Source: Octopus vulgaris | Taxonomy: Eukaryota | Reading direction: 5' to 3' | Assembly (NCBI GenBank): GCA_951406725.2 | Contig: OX597825.1 | Location: forward strand, 38,378,001 to 38,442,000 | DNA length: 64,000 nt | Shown here: positions 37,775-53,063 of the stretch, piece after piece | Numbering within the stretch: the first letter of the stretch is position 1 | How the letters are laid out: each line of letters starts with the position of its first letter | Notes under the pieces: generated by a model | Seen by the model: the letters and a program-made list of their open reading frames with translations, nothing else | Told to the model about the DNA's origin: nothing | Databases searched by the model: none | Translations under genes and position numbers: made by a program

Positions 37775-38062
37775 TATATATACATACATATTTATATACA
37801 TACATACACACATTCATATATGTATGAGTGTGTGTGTGTGGTGTCTGTTACATTTGCCCTGTATATACAAACCAAATTCAATGGCAGAATATTTTGTTCA
37901 TGTCACTTTTTGATAAATGTCATGCGTATAACTTTGGCTATCGATTCATTTATGGAGATTTAAGCCATTAAAGAAATATATGTGCTTTATTTTGCCTATT
38001 GAATTAGGTTCTGCATCTAACACAAATGTATAAGTTAGAATGTATATACGTATCTATATATT

Positions 38063-38129
<67 letters not shown>

Positions 38130-38256
38130 GAACACACACACACATATATACATATCTTTATACACAATAAGACATATGTATCTAAGTAATTCACATGTCC
38201 ATGTGTATTATGTATACACAAATACATATGTATATATATATATATGTATACATATG

Positions 38257-38308
<52 letters not shown>

Positions 38309-38615
38309 TGTATCTCTCTCTCTACATATATGTATATAAATATGTATATATGTATGTGTGTGTGTTTGTGTAAGTATGTATGAGGTATATCAATATGAGT
38401 TTCGAAGAGAAAGAAAGTTTATCTGGCCTCTTAGAATACAGAATTCAAAGATGAGTCTGAGAAAGAATATGTATTCAATACATAAGCGTGAGTTTAACAA
38501 AATATAGTTTGTTTTCTTTGTCACGCCAATGGCTCTTCGGAGAATAAAGAAGGGAATATAGAGAAGATAACGTATAAGATACATATGCCATGGAAGTAAG
38601 AAGAGGTATATATAT

Positions 38616-38690
<75 letters not shown>

Positions 38691-38800
38691 ATTATAGATA
38701 CACAAAGAAACAGCCTAACACACGGACATATGCATATAGACAAATATACACACACGTGCACGGTGCTACACATATTGCAAATACGCACAAACATGTACAC

Positions 38801-38832
<32 letters not shown>

Positions 38833-40139
38833 ATATCTATCTATCTATCTATCTATATGCTTCTCTATATGTGTATATACATATGTGTGTGCTTGCGGTA
38901 TATACAAATATAACCTCATACATACACGTATACTCAAATTTACATGTATAGACACGAACAAGACTACACATCCTCTTAATGTACACCTAAACAAACAGTA
39001 CAGCAATATGCCTAGTATATGTACAACATAGTCACACCAATACAGAAAAGGCGCCTATAATATATGTTGGGACATTAAGTTATAAAATACACTTTTATAA
39101 GCATACATGTGTATGCATGTAATCATGGGAGTTCACTAATTATATATGGGTATATACATATGCAAAACACACACATACACGCACAAGCACGTACAAGCAC
39201 ACGCCCATGCAAAGAAACACATATACACTCACTTGCACACGCATTCACATAAGCCATCCACGATTGTGCAACTACATGTTTACGCACACATATAAATACA
39301 CAATGATGTAATACTTAAGATTGTTATAAATATCATTGCTGGGAGGTTTTGTAAAAGTATATTCACAAAAATTTGTATTAGCAAAAAGTGGGTAATATGG
39401 TGTCATAACTATTATAGATTAGCGTGTATATATAATGCAGGCATAAACATCTTATCACTTGGACATAGATAGGGGCTGAGTCACATTAAATGTCTAGCAC
39501 AAAAATAACTACCTGTATATAGATGTGTATATGTTACTCTCTGTGTGAGTGTATATGTGTGTATCGGTAAACACACACACATATAGATATGTGTGGAAAT
39601 AGAAGTATTTCTAGATTATAAATATCACACACACACACGCACACGCACACACACACACATAACGTGTCATTCGGAGTTTTCTTTCGAGTTCCAGATTATC
39701 TTTGAAATTTCGGTTGGTTATACTCGAGATTGCACCAATCTGGTTAGTTCCAAGGAAAATCTAAGCTAAGAGCACTAGCTTCCTTGGACGAAAACAGCGA
39801 ATGTATACGAAAGGAAGGACGACAAAACAGAGAAATGGTTCACAAATACAAATGCAAATAATAGGACTAACCACAGGTGTCTTTCGACTAAGGACGAATT
39901 AAATTAAGCTGGAGTGTGTGGAGAGAGGGGAGAGATGTAGAGGCAGAAGGATAGAAGAATTAAGGAGAGACGAGAAAAAAGGAAAGGAACAGAGTAACGT
40001 AAAAGAAGGGAGAAAGTGAGAAAGAAGAGAAAGCCAGGAAAGGTGAGAGAGGGGGTGCATGCTTTGTATGTTTCCCGCCATTAGTAATAAATACAGTGTG
40101 GGGTTGAGGGAGAGCTCACGTTTTCTTTTTTACGTGTTT

Positions 40140-41640
40140 CCATTTTCCTCGAAAGAAGTCCTACCAATTTTTCTCATGCTAATTAACCCATAATTAAGGA
40201 CCCAAATGTGGGCATGTGGTGGTATCATATTCCTCCGAAATCTTGGAGCACTATTGCTGGGTCTTCCATGCTGTTTATGGCTTTCTGGAGTTTGCAATCA
40301 TCTGCAAATGTTTTCAATGTAGAAGTTTGATGACGTCTACAATGTCGTTCATGTAAATAATGAAGAGGAGTGGCCTCAACACAGTAGCTTGTGCAAGAGC
40401 ACTACTGTCTCTTGCAGAGTTGGATCGTATTCCTTCAAGCAGATCATGTTAGATTCTGTTCGTCAGGAAACACTTTATCCACTGCAGCAGCTTTCCACCG
40501 ACTCCAATGTTGGACGTTTTCTTCAGCAGGATTCTGTGGTCCACTCTGTCAAAAGACTTGCTAAAATCAAGGTATATGACGTCAGTGTTGGAGCCTTTTT
40601 CTAACGATTTTAAGAAGTCATCAAAATGGTGCAGAAGTTGCGACAGGCATTCCTTGCCATCACGGAAAACCATGCTGGTTAGGGTTCAGCAGTTTGTTGT
40701 CTTCGAGGAAGTGAGTTATTCGTGATCTCACCACCCTCTCAAATATTTAAATAATATAAGTGAGTGAAATCGGATGGTAGTTCGCTGCAAGAAATTTGTT
40801 TCCATGTTTGGAGACTAGACTTGTAAAGAAAATGATTAGGAATGTAGCCTACATCAAGTGAGTTTCTTCAGAGTTCAATTAGAGGGGTTGCTATTTGATG
40901 TCACCACATCTTCAGGACAGTGGATGGGAACTTATCGAGACCTACTGCCGAGTTGTGCTTGATGTTATCTATTTCTGGGAGGATATCATGAGCATCAAAA
41001 TTTATGTCAGATATGGTTAGTTGAGGGTTTGCATTACTGATACTAGCCAGATCAACTGCATTAATGAAGGCAGAGCAGTATTGTCTCTGCAGTAACTCGC
41101 ACATGGATTTGGCATCATCATGTAGAATGTTGTTCTCATCAACCAGAGGACGAACAGTGAAATCAGCGTCTTTGTTTTTTGCAAATGAACAGAACATTTT
41201 GGTGTTGAGTTTTATTTTCTCAATGGCCCAACTCTCCTCGGCTTCTCTTTGTCTGTTAACGATGATCATCATGTTTTGTTGGAGGTTGTGTTTTTTCGAT
41301 CCGTGTAATACAATATCAGTCGAATGGGTGCATTGCTGCTGGCAGTATTTAAGTTGGCTGATTTCTTTGTTCTTTTTTATTTTTTTGATAATTGCTCTTC
41401 TATTTCTAGGGTTTCTGCAATTACATATGTATACTGTTCTTAACGGAGTATGTTTTGCGCATATATTTTTTACAGTATCAACAAATGTATGCCATGATGT
41501 ATGATGGTGGGGTGTGTGCGTGTGTGAAGACCCAATCAACTTGTGAAAGACAATGGTTGATCGCATCCCAGTCTGCATTATGAACATCCGTAGTGTCAAA
41601 TGGATGGAATGGTGAGATGTCACTGGATTTTATCTTTTGA
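40140..41640 (-). mobile_element. Degenerate CR1/L2-like LINE ORF2 (RT) fragment
   Basis: DVIYLDFSKSFDRVDHRILLKK, GVGGKLLQWIKCFLTNR, PLLFIIYMND, FADDCKL, and upstream SAVGLDKFPSTVLK. Confidence 0.85.
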
Positions 41641-43286
41641 TGGTAGATTCTCAGATCGCAGATAACTATGTGATGATATGAGAGTAGTGGTGTGTTGAGG
41701 CGATAGTGGTGACTGATTTTGATCTATCCATTTCAGCATTTCAGTGAAATCGGGCATTTTAAAAGTTCAATTCTATTTATGTTTATCATGGTTCATATGT
41801 GTCAAAAGTGGAGGAATCTTTAGTTTCGTTTGCAATTTTATAATTTCTATAGTGTATATAATTTCATTTCATCCCTGCTGGATTCCATTTATCTGTCCAC
41901 GACAGCGTTTTCCTTTTTTTTTTTTTTTTTTGGTTTCAAATCATTTTGGCTGCAATCATGCTCTTTAACTCCATTTCTAGGATGGAGCAATAATTTAGTT
42001 GTACTTTAGCAACAATAATTTTGTTTGCAGAACAGGAGATATTTCCTGAAATGCTTGAAAATATGTTTTGCAATGCTAATAATAGATCTGAAATTTGCTG
42101 GGATACAGACGGAGTACATATTGAAATTTTTCAATGAAATTTTGATTTTAAGATTTATATATTTATTTGTTTTGGTATCATATTTAAGTAATGGAAAATA
42201 TTTTGTCTGTTTGATTTCGAAATCTACCCTATTTCATAGAAATAAATAGTTAATTCTAGGACATGCTTTATTTTATAGACTCACACAGAACGTCATATGC
42301 ACAGTAACACGTATATCGTGAGCATGATAATTATCTAAAAAGAATTGCCAAATTAAGGTATAGGAACCATTTTAACAGACAAATGTACATGGAAATTAAC
42401 AAAATTCAAATACACAAAATACACAAGCTAGAATCCATAATTAGTGGTGGCGGCAAGAAATCTGTGATAGTGTTAATGAGAGTAACCGGGAGATTTACAT
42501 TATAAATTTTAACCATATAACCATAAATATAACTAATTTAATTAAATTGACTTAAAAATAATTAATAATTGTGAGACCCAGACACACACATGCTCACATA
42601 TACTGGTACGTACATGCATAGCTATATTAGACCCATACGCATTTGATATACCACAAATAATTTTATATAAGCATACACATAAATACATACGTTTATACAT
42701 AATTACCTATATATTTAGGTATTAACAAATAGTAATGGTATTACACAAATAATTACAAAAAAAGGAAAAAACAGAAATTGGTAATAAAATGTAATTATCC
42801 ATTAATAGTCAAAAGAGAATAAAATAGAAGTATTAATAACAATAGAAATAGTAGTAATATAAGTAAAAAATTATGATATTTATAGTAATAATGATGAAGA
42901 TTATTTCTTTAATATAAGTATAAATAGTGAAAGTAAGAAAATAATTTTATCAATTGGAAATGTCATAGGAAAAGGTAATAATACAAACAAAATATATAAA
43001 AAATAATGATACAAATATTAATCATAAAGTATGATTCTTTAGCATGTATATGTATAGAGACATAAACACATAATCTGTTCTGTTTGCGTAAAAGCACAAT
43101 CACAAATATAACAAAGCGGGAATCTGTGATTATATGCATACCTTTACAATTCTGTGATAGTATCAGTGCTGGAAAGATTTGTATATATGTATGTGTATGT
43201 ATATATCGGCGTGTGTGTGTTTTGCAAACACGTATGTACATTTATAGACAAGTAAATATACATATATACAAATGTACATACACCCA

Positions 43287-43335
<49 letters not shown>

Positions 43336-43363
43336 TCGCATATGTGACTATATATATTTATGC

Positions 43364-43430
<67 letters not shown>

Positions 43431-43718
43431 ATTTTGTTTGATTATGTAAAGAATAATGCATCATTTAAATTCAGCCTGCTGGAACACATCGGAGTGTATT
43501 TGGAACACAAATCATTCCACTATATTTGTCAACATGACGCTTACTACATAAACATGACGATTGTGTTACGCATGAAAGTACTAGCTTTATTAATATCGAA
43601 AAGTTGTAACACTGTAAAACTGTAAAATTTGCAGATAATAACGCGGGAATATCAGACTAAGTTGGAATTTCATTGGTTACTATAGATATAGATAGTTAGA
43701 AAGATAAATAAATACATA

Positions 43719-43773
<55 letters not shown>

Positions 43774-44010
43774 CATATATATCTATTTATCTACCTATCT
43801 CTGTGTGTGTGTGTGTTTTATCTTCTACATCTCTCAATCATCGAATAGATTGAACCCAATATTCACATTTGTTTGGCCCATATTGTATCGATAGCTTTTG
43901 ACAAACCGGTGTATTGCGTGAACAATAGAATTCTACACCGAATTCTAATCTTACACCGAGCGGTGTAGGATTATAATGATAGTCAAAGGCATACAAAAAG
44001 AAATATATAT

Positions 44011-44063
<53 letters not shown>

Positions 44064-44482
44064 CTTCCACCGCCACAAAATTCACTCAAATGGCATTGAA
44101 TGGGCCCGGAATATTTTAGAGTTAATTTTCCCAAGGTGACACAAGATAGGAAGGAACAAGACATCTCTTGATTGAAAAGCAATCTCCTGAACCACATGGC
44201 CATGCATTGACGAAAACACCTGCCTATATATATACACGTCTTTTTTCCATTCGATATGCATGTTTATGTGTATTTATGTGTGTATGTATGTACGTATGCG
44301 TGTCTGGGTGTATATAGCTTTTTATGGATATACTCATCGCTGGGTATGTGAGTGTGTATATCTTTATACACACGCGCACACATATATATATTTATACAAA
44401 TACACATGTTTAATTTACATATTTTTATGTATATGTATATATATATAATTTATGTATATTTATGTATATGTATATTTATGTA

Positions 44483-44831
44483 TAGGCGCAGGAGTGGCTG
44501 TGCGGTAAGTAGATTGCGTGGCACTTTGGGCAAGTGTCTTCTACTATAGCCTCGGACCGACCAAAACCTTGTGAGTGGATTTGGTAGACGGAAACTGAAA
44601 GAAGCCCGTCGTATATATGTATATATATATATACGTGTGTGTGTTTGTGTGAATGTGTTTGTCCCCCTAGCATTGCTGGTGGGTTTATGTCCCTGTTACT
44701 TAGCGGTTCGGCAAAAGAGCCCGATAGAGTAAGTACTGAGCTTACAAAAGGCCCGGGGTCGAGCTGCTCGATTAAAGGCGGTGCTCCAGCATGGCCGCAC
44801 TCAAATGACTGAAACAAGTAAAAGAGTAAAA
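44483..44831 (+). mobile_element. tRNA-derived SINE (family B), internally deleted
   Basis: AGGCGCAGGAGTGGCTGTGCGGTAAG...GGCACTTTGGGCAAGTGTCTTCTACTATAGCC...GACTGAAACAAGTAAAAGAGTAAAAGA tail. Confidence 0.8.
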
Positions 44832-45234
44832 GATATATATATATAACCGTATGTATATATACATCATTGTGTGTATGTACTTGTGTGTGTATATATATAA
44901 TATATATGTGTGTGTATGTGGGTCTGTTTTTCTTCTTGTGTTGCTCTTGTCCCCTGACACTGCTTCACAACGTCTTGCTTTAGAATAAGTAGCATACTTA
45001 ATAAAGTAGTAATTAGGTAGATTTGTTCGACTAAGATCTTAAATATGTTACCCCTGTATGACCTGATTTCATCGAATAGAAGTCGTGAAACATTAACCTT
45101 ATGACATGCAAAGGCACGAGTATGTCAAATCAATGTTCCAGTCCACTATGGACACCTCTCTCATTTATTCACTTGTAACGAAAGAAATAGGAATAAAGAT
45201 GTGTGTGTTCATATATATATATATATATATACAC

Positions 45235-45352
45235 TATTTGTCCTCATCTTGTTTGATTTTAACACAATGTTTCGCTTGATATACTCCCCAACCTCATCTC
45301 AGGTGTCTTGGGGAAATTTCGAAACTGGGTTCTCATCCCTAAGGTATTTTTC
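45235..45352 (-). mobile_element. Short hammerhead-bearing repeat (solo pLTR or retrozyme-like), decayed, inverted relative to 45652-45830
   Basis: Reverse complement aligns with 45652-45770. The core has decayed to CTGAGATGA...GAAACATT. Confidence 0.7.
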
Positions 45353-45361
45353 AATGTTGTT

Positions 45362-45651
<290 letters not shown>

Positions 45652-45696
45652 GAAGAATACTTTAGGAATGACAACCAGGTTCGAAATTTCCTGAAG

Positions 45697-45740
45697 GCAC
45701 CTGATGAAGGCCGGTGGGTATATCAGCCGAAACGTTGTGT
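45697..45740 (+). ncRNA. Minimal type I hammerhead ribozyme within short repeat 45652-45830
   Basis: GCAC-CUGAUGA-A-GGCCGG(UGGGUAUA)UCAGCC-GAAA-C-GUU-GUGU. Canonical core with palindromic AACGUU in stem III. Confidence 0.8.
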
Positions 45741-45887
45741 TAACAAGAAAGAAGATGAGGACAAATACCTGTCAATTGTAAATTATGTAAATAAAGTACA
45801 TAATTCCTCTTCTCTTAAATATAGAACTGGATTATGGATGTATATCCACAGACACACACACACACACACACACAAACACAGACACAG

Positions 45888-45920
<33 letters not shown>

Positions 45921-46116
45921 AATAGATAAGTGTATTTTTACCTTGTTAACAATTAACACGGAAAAATAAATAAATAGTTACCAGGGCAGCAACAATCTCA
46001 CAAGTAAAGGTGTTGTAACTCCTTGTTTATATAGGTAGAAACTTCATATTTACGTTGAATATTTTGAATAATATGAATAAAAAATGGAGTTAACGCAGGT
46101 GTAATCAAATATTTTT

Positions 46117-46202
46117 ACTTTCGACACATGTTTCGAAAATTCCACTGAAACTATTCAAAAGAATAAATGGTATAAACAATGCAATCTTCTCCTCAGGAAA
46201 GT
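46117..46202 (-). ncRNA. Type I hammerhead ribozyme with long stem II insertion
   Basis: Minus strand: ACUUUC-CUGAGGA-GAAGAUU(about 41 nt)AAUUUUC-GAAA-CAUGU-GUC-GAAAGU. Canonical core, GUC cleavage triplet and palindrome ACAUGU. Confidence 0.85.
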
Positions 46203-46402
46203 GAAAAAAACGAAACTCGTCCATAAGACATTTTAGCAAAAAATGATGGATTTGTATTGCGATAGACAGAACGCTATTAATATTGTTTAAAAAACGTTAT
46301 ATGATATAACGTCATAAGTAGCTAACAGAAAGAGTAAGGATATTAATAGTGAATGTTAAATATAAAGGAAATTAAGGTTTAAATTATATATATTGATAGA
46401 GA

Positions 46403-48170
46403 CTACTTATATGCACTAAATGTATGTTTTTTTCCAATGCTTACATCTGTATGCTCGCTCTATAACCGTGTTTACTAGAGTATTTTTAGGAAAAATAATG
46501 AAAAATAGCTCAGAATTACAGAGAAGACAGAATTTCTTGCCTTTGTCATATGGTATCAAAATTGAGAGGATCGACCATTCTGAATGAAATTGTTCATTGT
46601 GGTCTTTTAAATCCCAAATCAGTTTGCTGAGACCGGTACTATTCCGTTTATTTCTACCCTAAATGTTGAGTAATCGATAGAAATTTTTTTAAAATAACTC
46701 TAACGATGTGCTTCCAATGTAAAATCGTACTTTATTACGAGTAGTGATTATACACTGGTATATAGAATTTTTAATCTTAGAGTTACTTGACTTAAACTTA
46801 ATTCTATTGTAATTGACTTCAGATACAATAACCTTGTTATTAATATTTCTAGAGGGTTGGATGGTATAAACTAAATTAATGTTAGTATTAGTAAATGTAT
46901 TAATATTTAACAGTTTGTTATTATGAGAAGATATGATTTGCAAAAGATTTTTTGTGTTTGAAAAACCTATCCTAACCTTATGTGAATTGATTATAGAGTA
47001 ATATCTAGACATTTTTGGAAAATTCCTAGCAATAGCTTGACGAAACAGCAGTAGGAGATTAGATTTAATTTGTCTCCCGTAAGGAATTATTAACCAAATA
47101 TTTTTACTAGTAATCATAGCGTAATTACTTTTGAAGGTGTTATATTTACTCTTAGATCGATAATAGGGAATTAAATAAGGGTTATCTGCCTTCATTCGCT
47201 TTGTATCGGTGCGTAAGTTATGTTTGTTATCAATAATTCTTTTACGACTAGAAATCTTATCTCCATTATTGAATTTACAATTAGACTGAGCAGAATCAAT
47301 GTAGAAATTTTTTTCTGTATAACCTGCTTTGATTAAGGCAGAGTTATAGAATTCAGCGTTATTATTGAAAATATCAACATTAGCAGATAATTTAGATAAT
47401 CTAAATGAAATATTCTTAACTAAGTTCTTAGTAATTGCTCCAGGATGATTACTAAATTTGCTAATGTACTTAAGATTGGTCAACGGTTTATGATATGGGA
47501 AGTAAGAGTCACTGTGTAAATTAAGCGTAATATCTAAAAAGTTGGCCTTCGTCAGATCGTCATCAAAAACGATTTTTAAGCCCATTCTACTGAAAAAATT
47601 AACTAAACTATTCTTAAGTTTTTGTACCTTTTGGTTGGAAACATTTTGGAGGTAAAGTAAACAATCATCACGATATAGACCTCCATAAATGTTAGGGAAC
47701 TCTTCAGCCATTTCAAAAAGAATATATATACAGACCAAATCAGCTATCTGTGCTGAATCAGAACTTCCCATTGGTATATCGAAACTATCTGGTGTGTCTT
47801 TACGGACCCACAACTTATCATCAAATTTAATAATAGATCTTCTAGCTGCCAATACAACATTAATTTCTTCTCGGGTGAGACCAGCTTTGTTATGAGCAAG
47901 CCAAAGTGCCTTATTAAGTACTATTGGATTAATAGATGAATAAAAATTGGAAATATCAAACTGGATAAACTTTGTACTCACCTTATTGTTAATAGAACTA
48001 AACCAGTCAACTACTTCAAATGAATTAGTCCATAAACTAAGTTTTAATGTTTTGATTAAATTAGGAATATATTTATCTAGTATATTTTTACTAAGGATAC
48101 CGATGTCAGAGCTAGAAGGGCAGATAAGCCTTAATTTGGTTTGTGATCCTTCAAAATGTAAGTAAGGTTG
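46403..48170 (-). pseudogene. PLE RT-GIY-YIG coding remnant (includes the 430-aa ORF 46689..47981)
   Basis: LKDHKPN, RLICP, QFDISNFYSSI, MGSSDSAQIADLV, LYRDDCL, NFLDITLNL, SNHP and SIYQC..FYIGST. After a frameshift it continues STGLSKLIWDLK..EWSIL..CLLCNSE..CKHWKK. Confidence 0.9.
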
Positions 48171-49920
48171 CTATATCGATTGACAGTTTTCTTTATAATG
48201 TATACTTACTTTCAAACAGCAATACAAACACAGAACTCTCATAGACAGTAACATACAAGTGAAACATGTATGTCTAACAAAATTGTTTAGTCCTTGGAAA
48301 CACAAATGCCAATAAACGTAAAGAGAGCTCACACTCACCCCAACGCATACATGCAACCACACACATATTTACGCAGTAATATGACAGAAAAAAACGCTCT
48401 ACGTTAACCTAGATCAATATACGTCTTTTAGATTTTAAATTGTATCGTCACACTAACAGAATGTTGAATGTGTAAGTGTGCGAAATTATCCATACGTTTA
48501 TCGAGATAGACGTGTCTACTGTGCACAGTAAACGGGCATGTGTGTATGTACATATATATACATTATTAATATTATGATATATAATAATGTAGTTATTATG
48601 GTATAAAATACTTTCATAATCGCTTTTTTTCGTATCTCATAAAGACTTTGGGTTTGTTTACAAATAATATATATGTACAATTTTATACATCACATATATA
48701 TCGTGTATACACACACATATATGCATAATTGAGAACATATATGATAACGTGTTAAGACGTATAAAGATGTATAATAATGAATAAATTTACAATTATGCAC
48801 ATTTTAGTTACGTGTTTTTGTATACTTGAGAACATATACATGTGTGTCTATTTTTATGTATATATACATATATATATATTTTATATATGTCTGTATATAT
48901 TATATATTTGTAAAAATATACATATACATATATATGTATATGTATGTATGTGTGTGTGTTTGTGTATGTGTGTATGTGTGTGTATATACTTATATTTGTT
49001 CATAGAATCTGGATTAACATTCATGTGTGATGAACTGAATTTTTTTTTTCATAGAGAGTTATATTTTAATGTTAATACCTGACTTGTGTCTGTATACTTC
49101 CGCCATTGTTTCTACTCATGATATATGACTTCCTTTATAATTCACTTACCTGAAATGACAGAAAAGGAAGAGATATTAGACAAATGAATACAAAAAGAAA
49201 GTGAACAGTTAGCATTTATAGTCTCCTCACGAGAAAAGTTGTACTAATCACTAAAGAATTCTTATGATTTAATTCGTGGATGAAACCTAATAGCAATTCG
49301 CGTAATATCATAGACAGCTTACTGGAAATTCGATCTATATTGTGATTAACGTTCCGGAGCTAGAACACGATTTTGCTAAATTGCTGTTATTTATAAGCGT
49401 ATATATGTTACTAATAATGTTACAAATAATTCTATCGTATGCGTGTTACATATGCTTAATTATATCTCTCTGCGTACATTACATCTGTAATTTGCTGTTA
49501 ATCTAACCTCCGTATTCAATATTATGGACCAGTGGTGTTTAATTTTTAGAGAAGCAATATTTAAAAAAAATTAATATTTGCAATACATTTTGACTGATCA
49601 TAATCACATATGATTTTTGTTTTATTACAAGTCAGTGTTTTGAATGATACAGTATTTTTAACCCTATCAGGAAATTACTTTTATCTTATTTTAAGGAACA
49701 ATTGACTTGAAGACAATTCAACAGAAAACAAATTGACAGCCATATTCCTTTATGAAACTAAAGCAATTGTAAGCAAACAATCCATAATTTACTTGTATTT
49801 GTCAACAACCTATACATATTTTGGTGTAAATGGTTGACAAATTAGAAGGTTATACGCAATAAGACATTCTTAGACATCCTCCAAAACGATTTGAACATAT
49901 GTAATGAAGTTATAGGGATT

Positions 49921-50724
49921 TTAAATTTAGCAAGGGGTAGCAATTTACATAGAACTCAACACTCAGCTAGTGCTTATTGTGTTGAACCCCAAAAGTCGAA
50001 CTTAGCAGAACTTGGCCTCTAAGATGTAACTACGGACGAAATGCCACTGAGCATTCTGCTTCAGGCGTGTTAACCGTTCTGCCAGCTCGCCGACTAATAT
50101 ATTTGGGATATAATAAACAACAGAGCATGTTTGATTTGCAATAGTTTTATCACCATTTCTCTGCTTTCATATTCCCATACCAAGTATAAAATGACTTACC
50201 GTTTAACAAAGCATCTACTTTTAAAGAACATCAAACTATTATCTTTAAACGTTGTTATTAGTTTTATTGGTTTATATTGATATTGTTACAACGGAAATAT
50301 ATTACGATAACTGAGTTTTTTACTTTTATTTTTGGCACAGCAATAGTGAAAAATATTCGCTCATATATAAAGGAGGAAATCGAGAATAAAACCACTATAG
50401 CTAACGACAGATTCGATGACACTAAAGTATAAACTCTTGTGAAGTATAAACGTTAGTAATGATGATAATAAGAATAACAATATATACATTAATAATCCTT
50501 TCTAAAACTGATACAAGATCAGCAATTATGAGGGAAGAGGAAGTTCGATTCTATTGAGAGCAGTCGATTACATTGACACCCAAGTGATACTTATTTTAAC
50601 AACCACGAAAGGATTAAAGGAAAACCTAATTGGTCGTAACTGGAACTCCGAGCAAAAGGGGTCAGAAAAAATAATAGCTAAGCATTTCGCTCTTTTTGGT
50701 AACGATTCTAGTATCTCGCCGCAT

Positions 50725-50764
<40 letters not shown>

Positions 50765-50791
50765 TAATAATAATAATAATAATAATAATAT

Positions 50792-50824
<33 letters not shown>

Positions 50825-51726
50825 GAAGAAGAAGAAGAAGAAGAACAAGAAGAACAAGAAGAACAAGAACAAGAAGAACAAGAAGAAGAACAAGAAGAAC
50901 AAGAAGAACAAGAAGAAGAACAAGAAGAACAAGAAGAACAAGAACAAGAACAAGAACAAGAGAAGATGTAGGAGAATTTTCTCTCATATAGGAACGTAAC
51001 GAGACGTGAATTAACGTGAAGGTGGTCTAGTCGAGTTGATCGACCCAAGTGCTCATCTGGTACATATTTCCTACACCCTGAAATGATGAAAGGCTAATTC
51101 GACCTCGGCGACAGATGAACTAGGAACTTGAAGGCGGACGTAACGCCCTTAGGCATTTGATACGGTATGCTGGCGACTTTGCTATGCCACATATCTTTAA
51201 TAATAAGAATAAAAATCCCTTCTACAAGAAGCACAATGACTGAAATTTGGGGGAGAGGACTAGTGTGTTACCTCGACTCCAGTGCTCAACTGGTACTTAT
51301 TTTGTGGACCGCGAAAGGATAAAAAACAAAGTCAACTTCAGCGGATTTTGAAATCGGAAAGTAAAGACAAACAATATGCCTCTTTGCATTTTAACCGGCG
51401 TACAATTATTCTATCAGCTCAGTGTTGTAATAATAATAATGAAGACGACAGCAACAACAATAATCATAATAGTGATTTCAAGAGTATAAGTCTAATTACA
51501 TTGTCACTAGTGTTAGACTAGTACTCATTTTATCAACAGGTAGATGACAGGTAGATGACAAGCAGAATTAGAAGTCGGAACGTATGACGGACGAAATATC
51601 GCTAAGAATTTCGGCGGCGTATTAACTATTCTGCTAGCATGCTGTTGTAATAATAATAACAACGGAAGCAACAACAACAATAATTATAATGATGATGATG
51701 ACGAGGATGATGATGATGAAGATGAA

Positions 51727-51771
<45 letters not shown>

Positions 51772-52785
51772 ATTTTTTCTCTAGCATGGATCATATGGGA
51801 ACGAAAATAGTGATTCTTGATTTTTCTGGATTGTATTAAACCCAGTAATTAACTGCTACTTTATTTGATTGTCCTTAAAATAGAATATACTTTGCAGTCG
51901 TCGTTTGTAACATGTGAACGAGTCACTTGTGGGGAGACACCAATGATTGTAGCCATAATGTTTCTGTGTAGTAAGAGTTCAAACACTATACAATTAGCGA
52001 TGTGTTCACCCATCATTATTGATTGGTAATCTGCTAATATGTGTATGATGAATATGCAAATATCACCCGAACCTAAATAACGAAATGCTGAAACTCGTAT
52101 AACGAAATCTGAATGTAATCTATAAAGGCAATTAATTCTCAAAAACAGAACAAGCTTTTCATTTAGCCTGTAAAGTCGTTTACATACTCGTAAATATGTC
52201 CCATTAACTTGTCTCAGTCATTTGACTCCGGCCATGCTGGGGCACCACCTTCAAGGATTTCTAGTAGAAGAAATGGCTTATTTTTTAAAACTCGGTGTTT
52301 TGTTGCATGGAGATAAAAACCCCAGCAATCATTGTAAAGCGGTGGTGAGGGCATGCACAAAGATACTCACATTTATATACATAAACGTATCCGAAAAGAT
52401 TCTTTCAGTTTCTGTCTATCAAATACGCACACAATACTGTGGTCGGCCGGAGGCTAGTGTAGAAAACATTTGCTCAAAGGACTGAACCCGGAACCATGTC
52501 GTTGGGAAGCAAGCTTCTTCCAACATAGAAACGCCTGCGCCTGTGTATAAACCGGTATATACTAATTTCAAACTTAGCCAGAAGGACAGAAATTTCGGGA
52601 TAGACAATTAGTTGATAACATCGACCTGCAGTACTAAACTAGTACTTATTTTATCGATGCCAAAAAGGATGGGAATAAACAGAACAGTCGACATCGGTTC
52701 AATATGAACTCAGAACATAGAGACAGGCGAATTTTTACCGAGCATTTTGCCCGGCGTGATAACGATCCTGGCAGTTCGCCGCCCT
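49921..52785 (-). mobile_element. Cluster of decayed SINEs: family A at about 49921-50094, 50494-50724, 51020-51198, 51217-51425, 51478-51645 and 52563-52785; family B at about 52200-52543
   Basis: Repeated gatgaaagg..gtcgac..gaact..gacgaaat..ctaagcattt..ttctgccagctcgcc segments separated by AAT/AAG/GAT tracts. Confidence 0.7.
50727..50965. repeat. (AAT)n-(AAG)n-(AAGAAC) compound microsatellite
   Basis: Direct reading. Confidence 0.95.
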
Positions 52786-52957
52786 ATATTCCTATATAAA
52801 TATGTGGATAGAAGAGTTGTAATTATATATACTTTTACACACACACACAGACACAACCATACGCACACACACACACACACGTGTGTGTGTATATATAAAT
52901 ACATATACAGATGCATAAATACATATATATGTATACGCATAAATATACATACATACA

Positions 52958-53063
<106 letters not shown>

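Larger units (their letters stand above)
45930..48170 (-). mobile_element. 5'-truncated Penelope-like element of a second, divergent clade (resembles Hydra-group PLEs)
   Basis: RT plus GIY-YIG coding remnant at 46403-48170, followed by a 3' UTR containing a hammerhead. It ends near a (TA)n/(CA)n tract. Confidence 0.88.

Noticed and set aside
39661-40085. Purine-rich interspersed-repeat-like block, possibly another PLE end
   Set aside because: No intact hammerhead core or coding motif could be identified.
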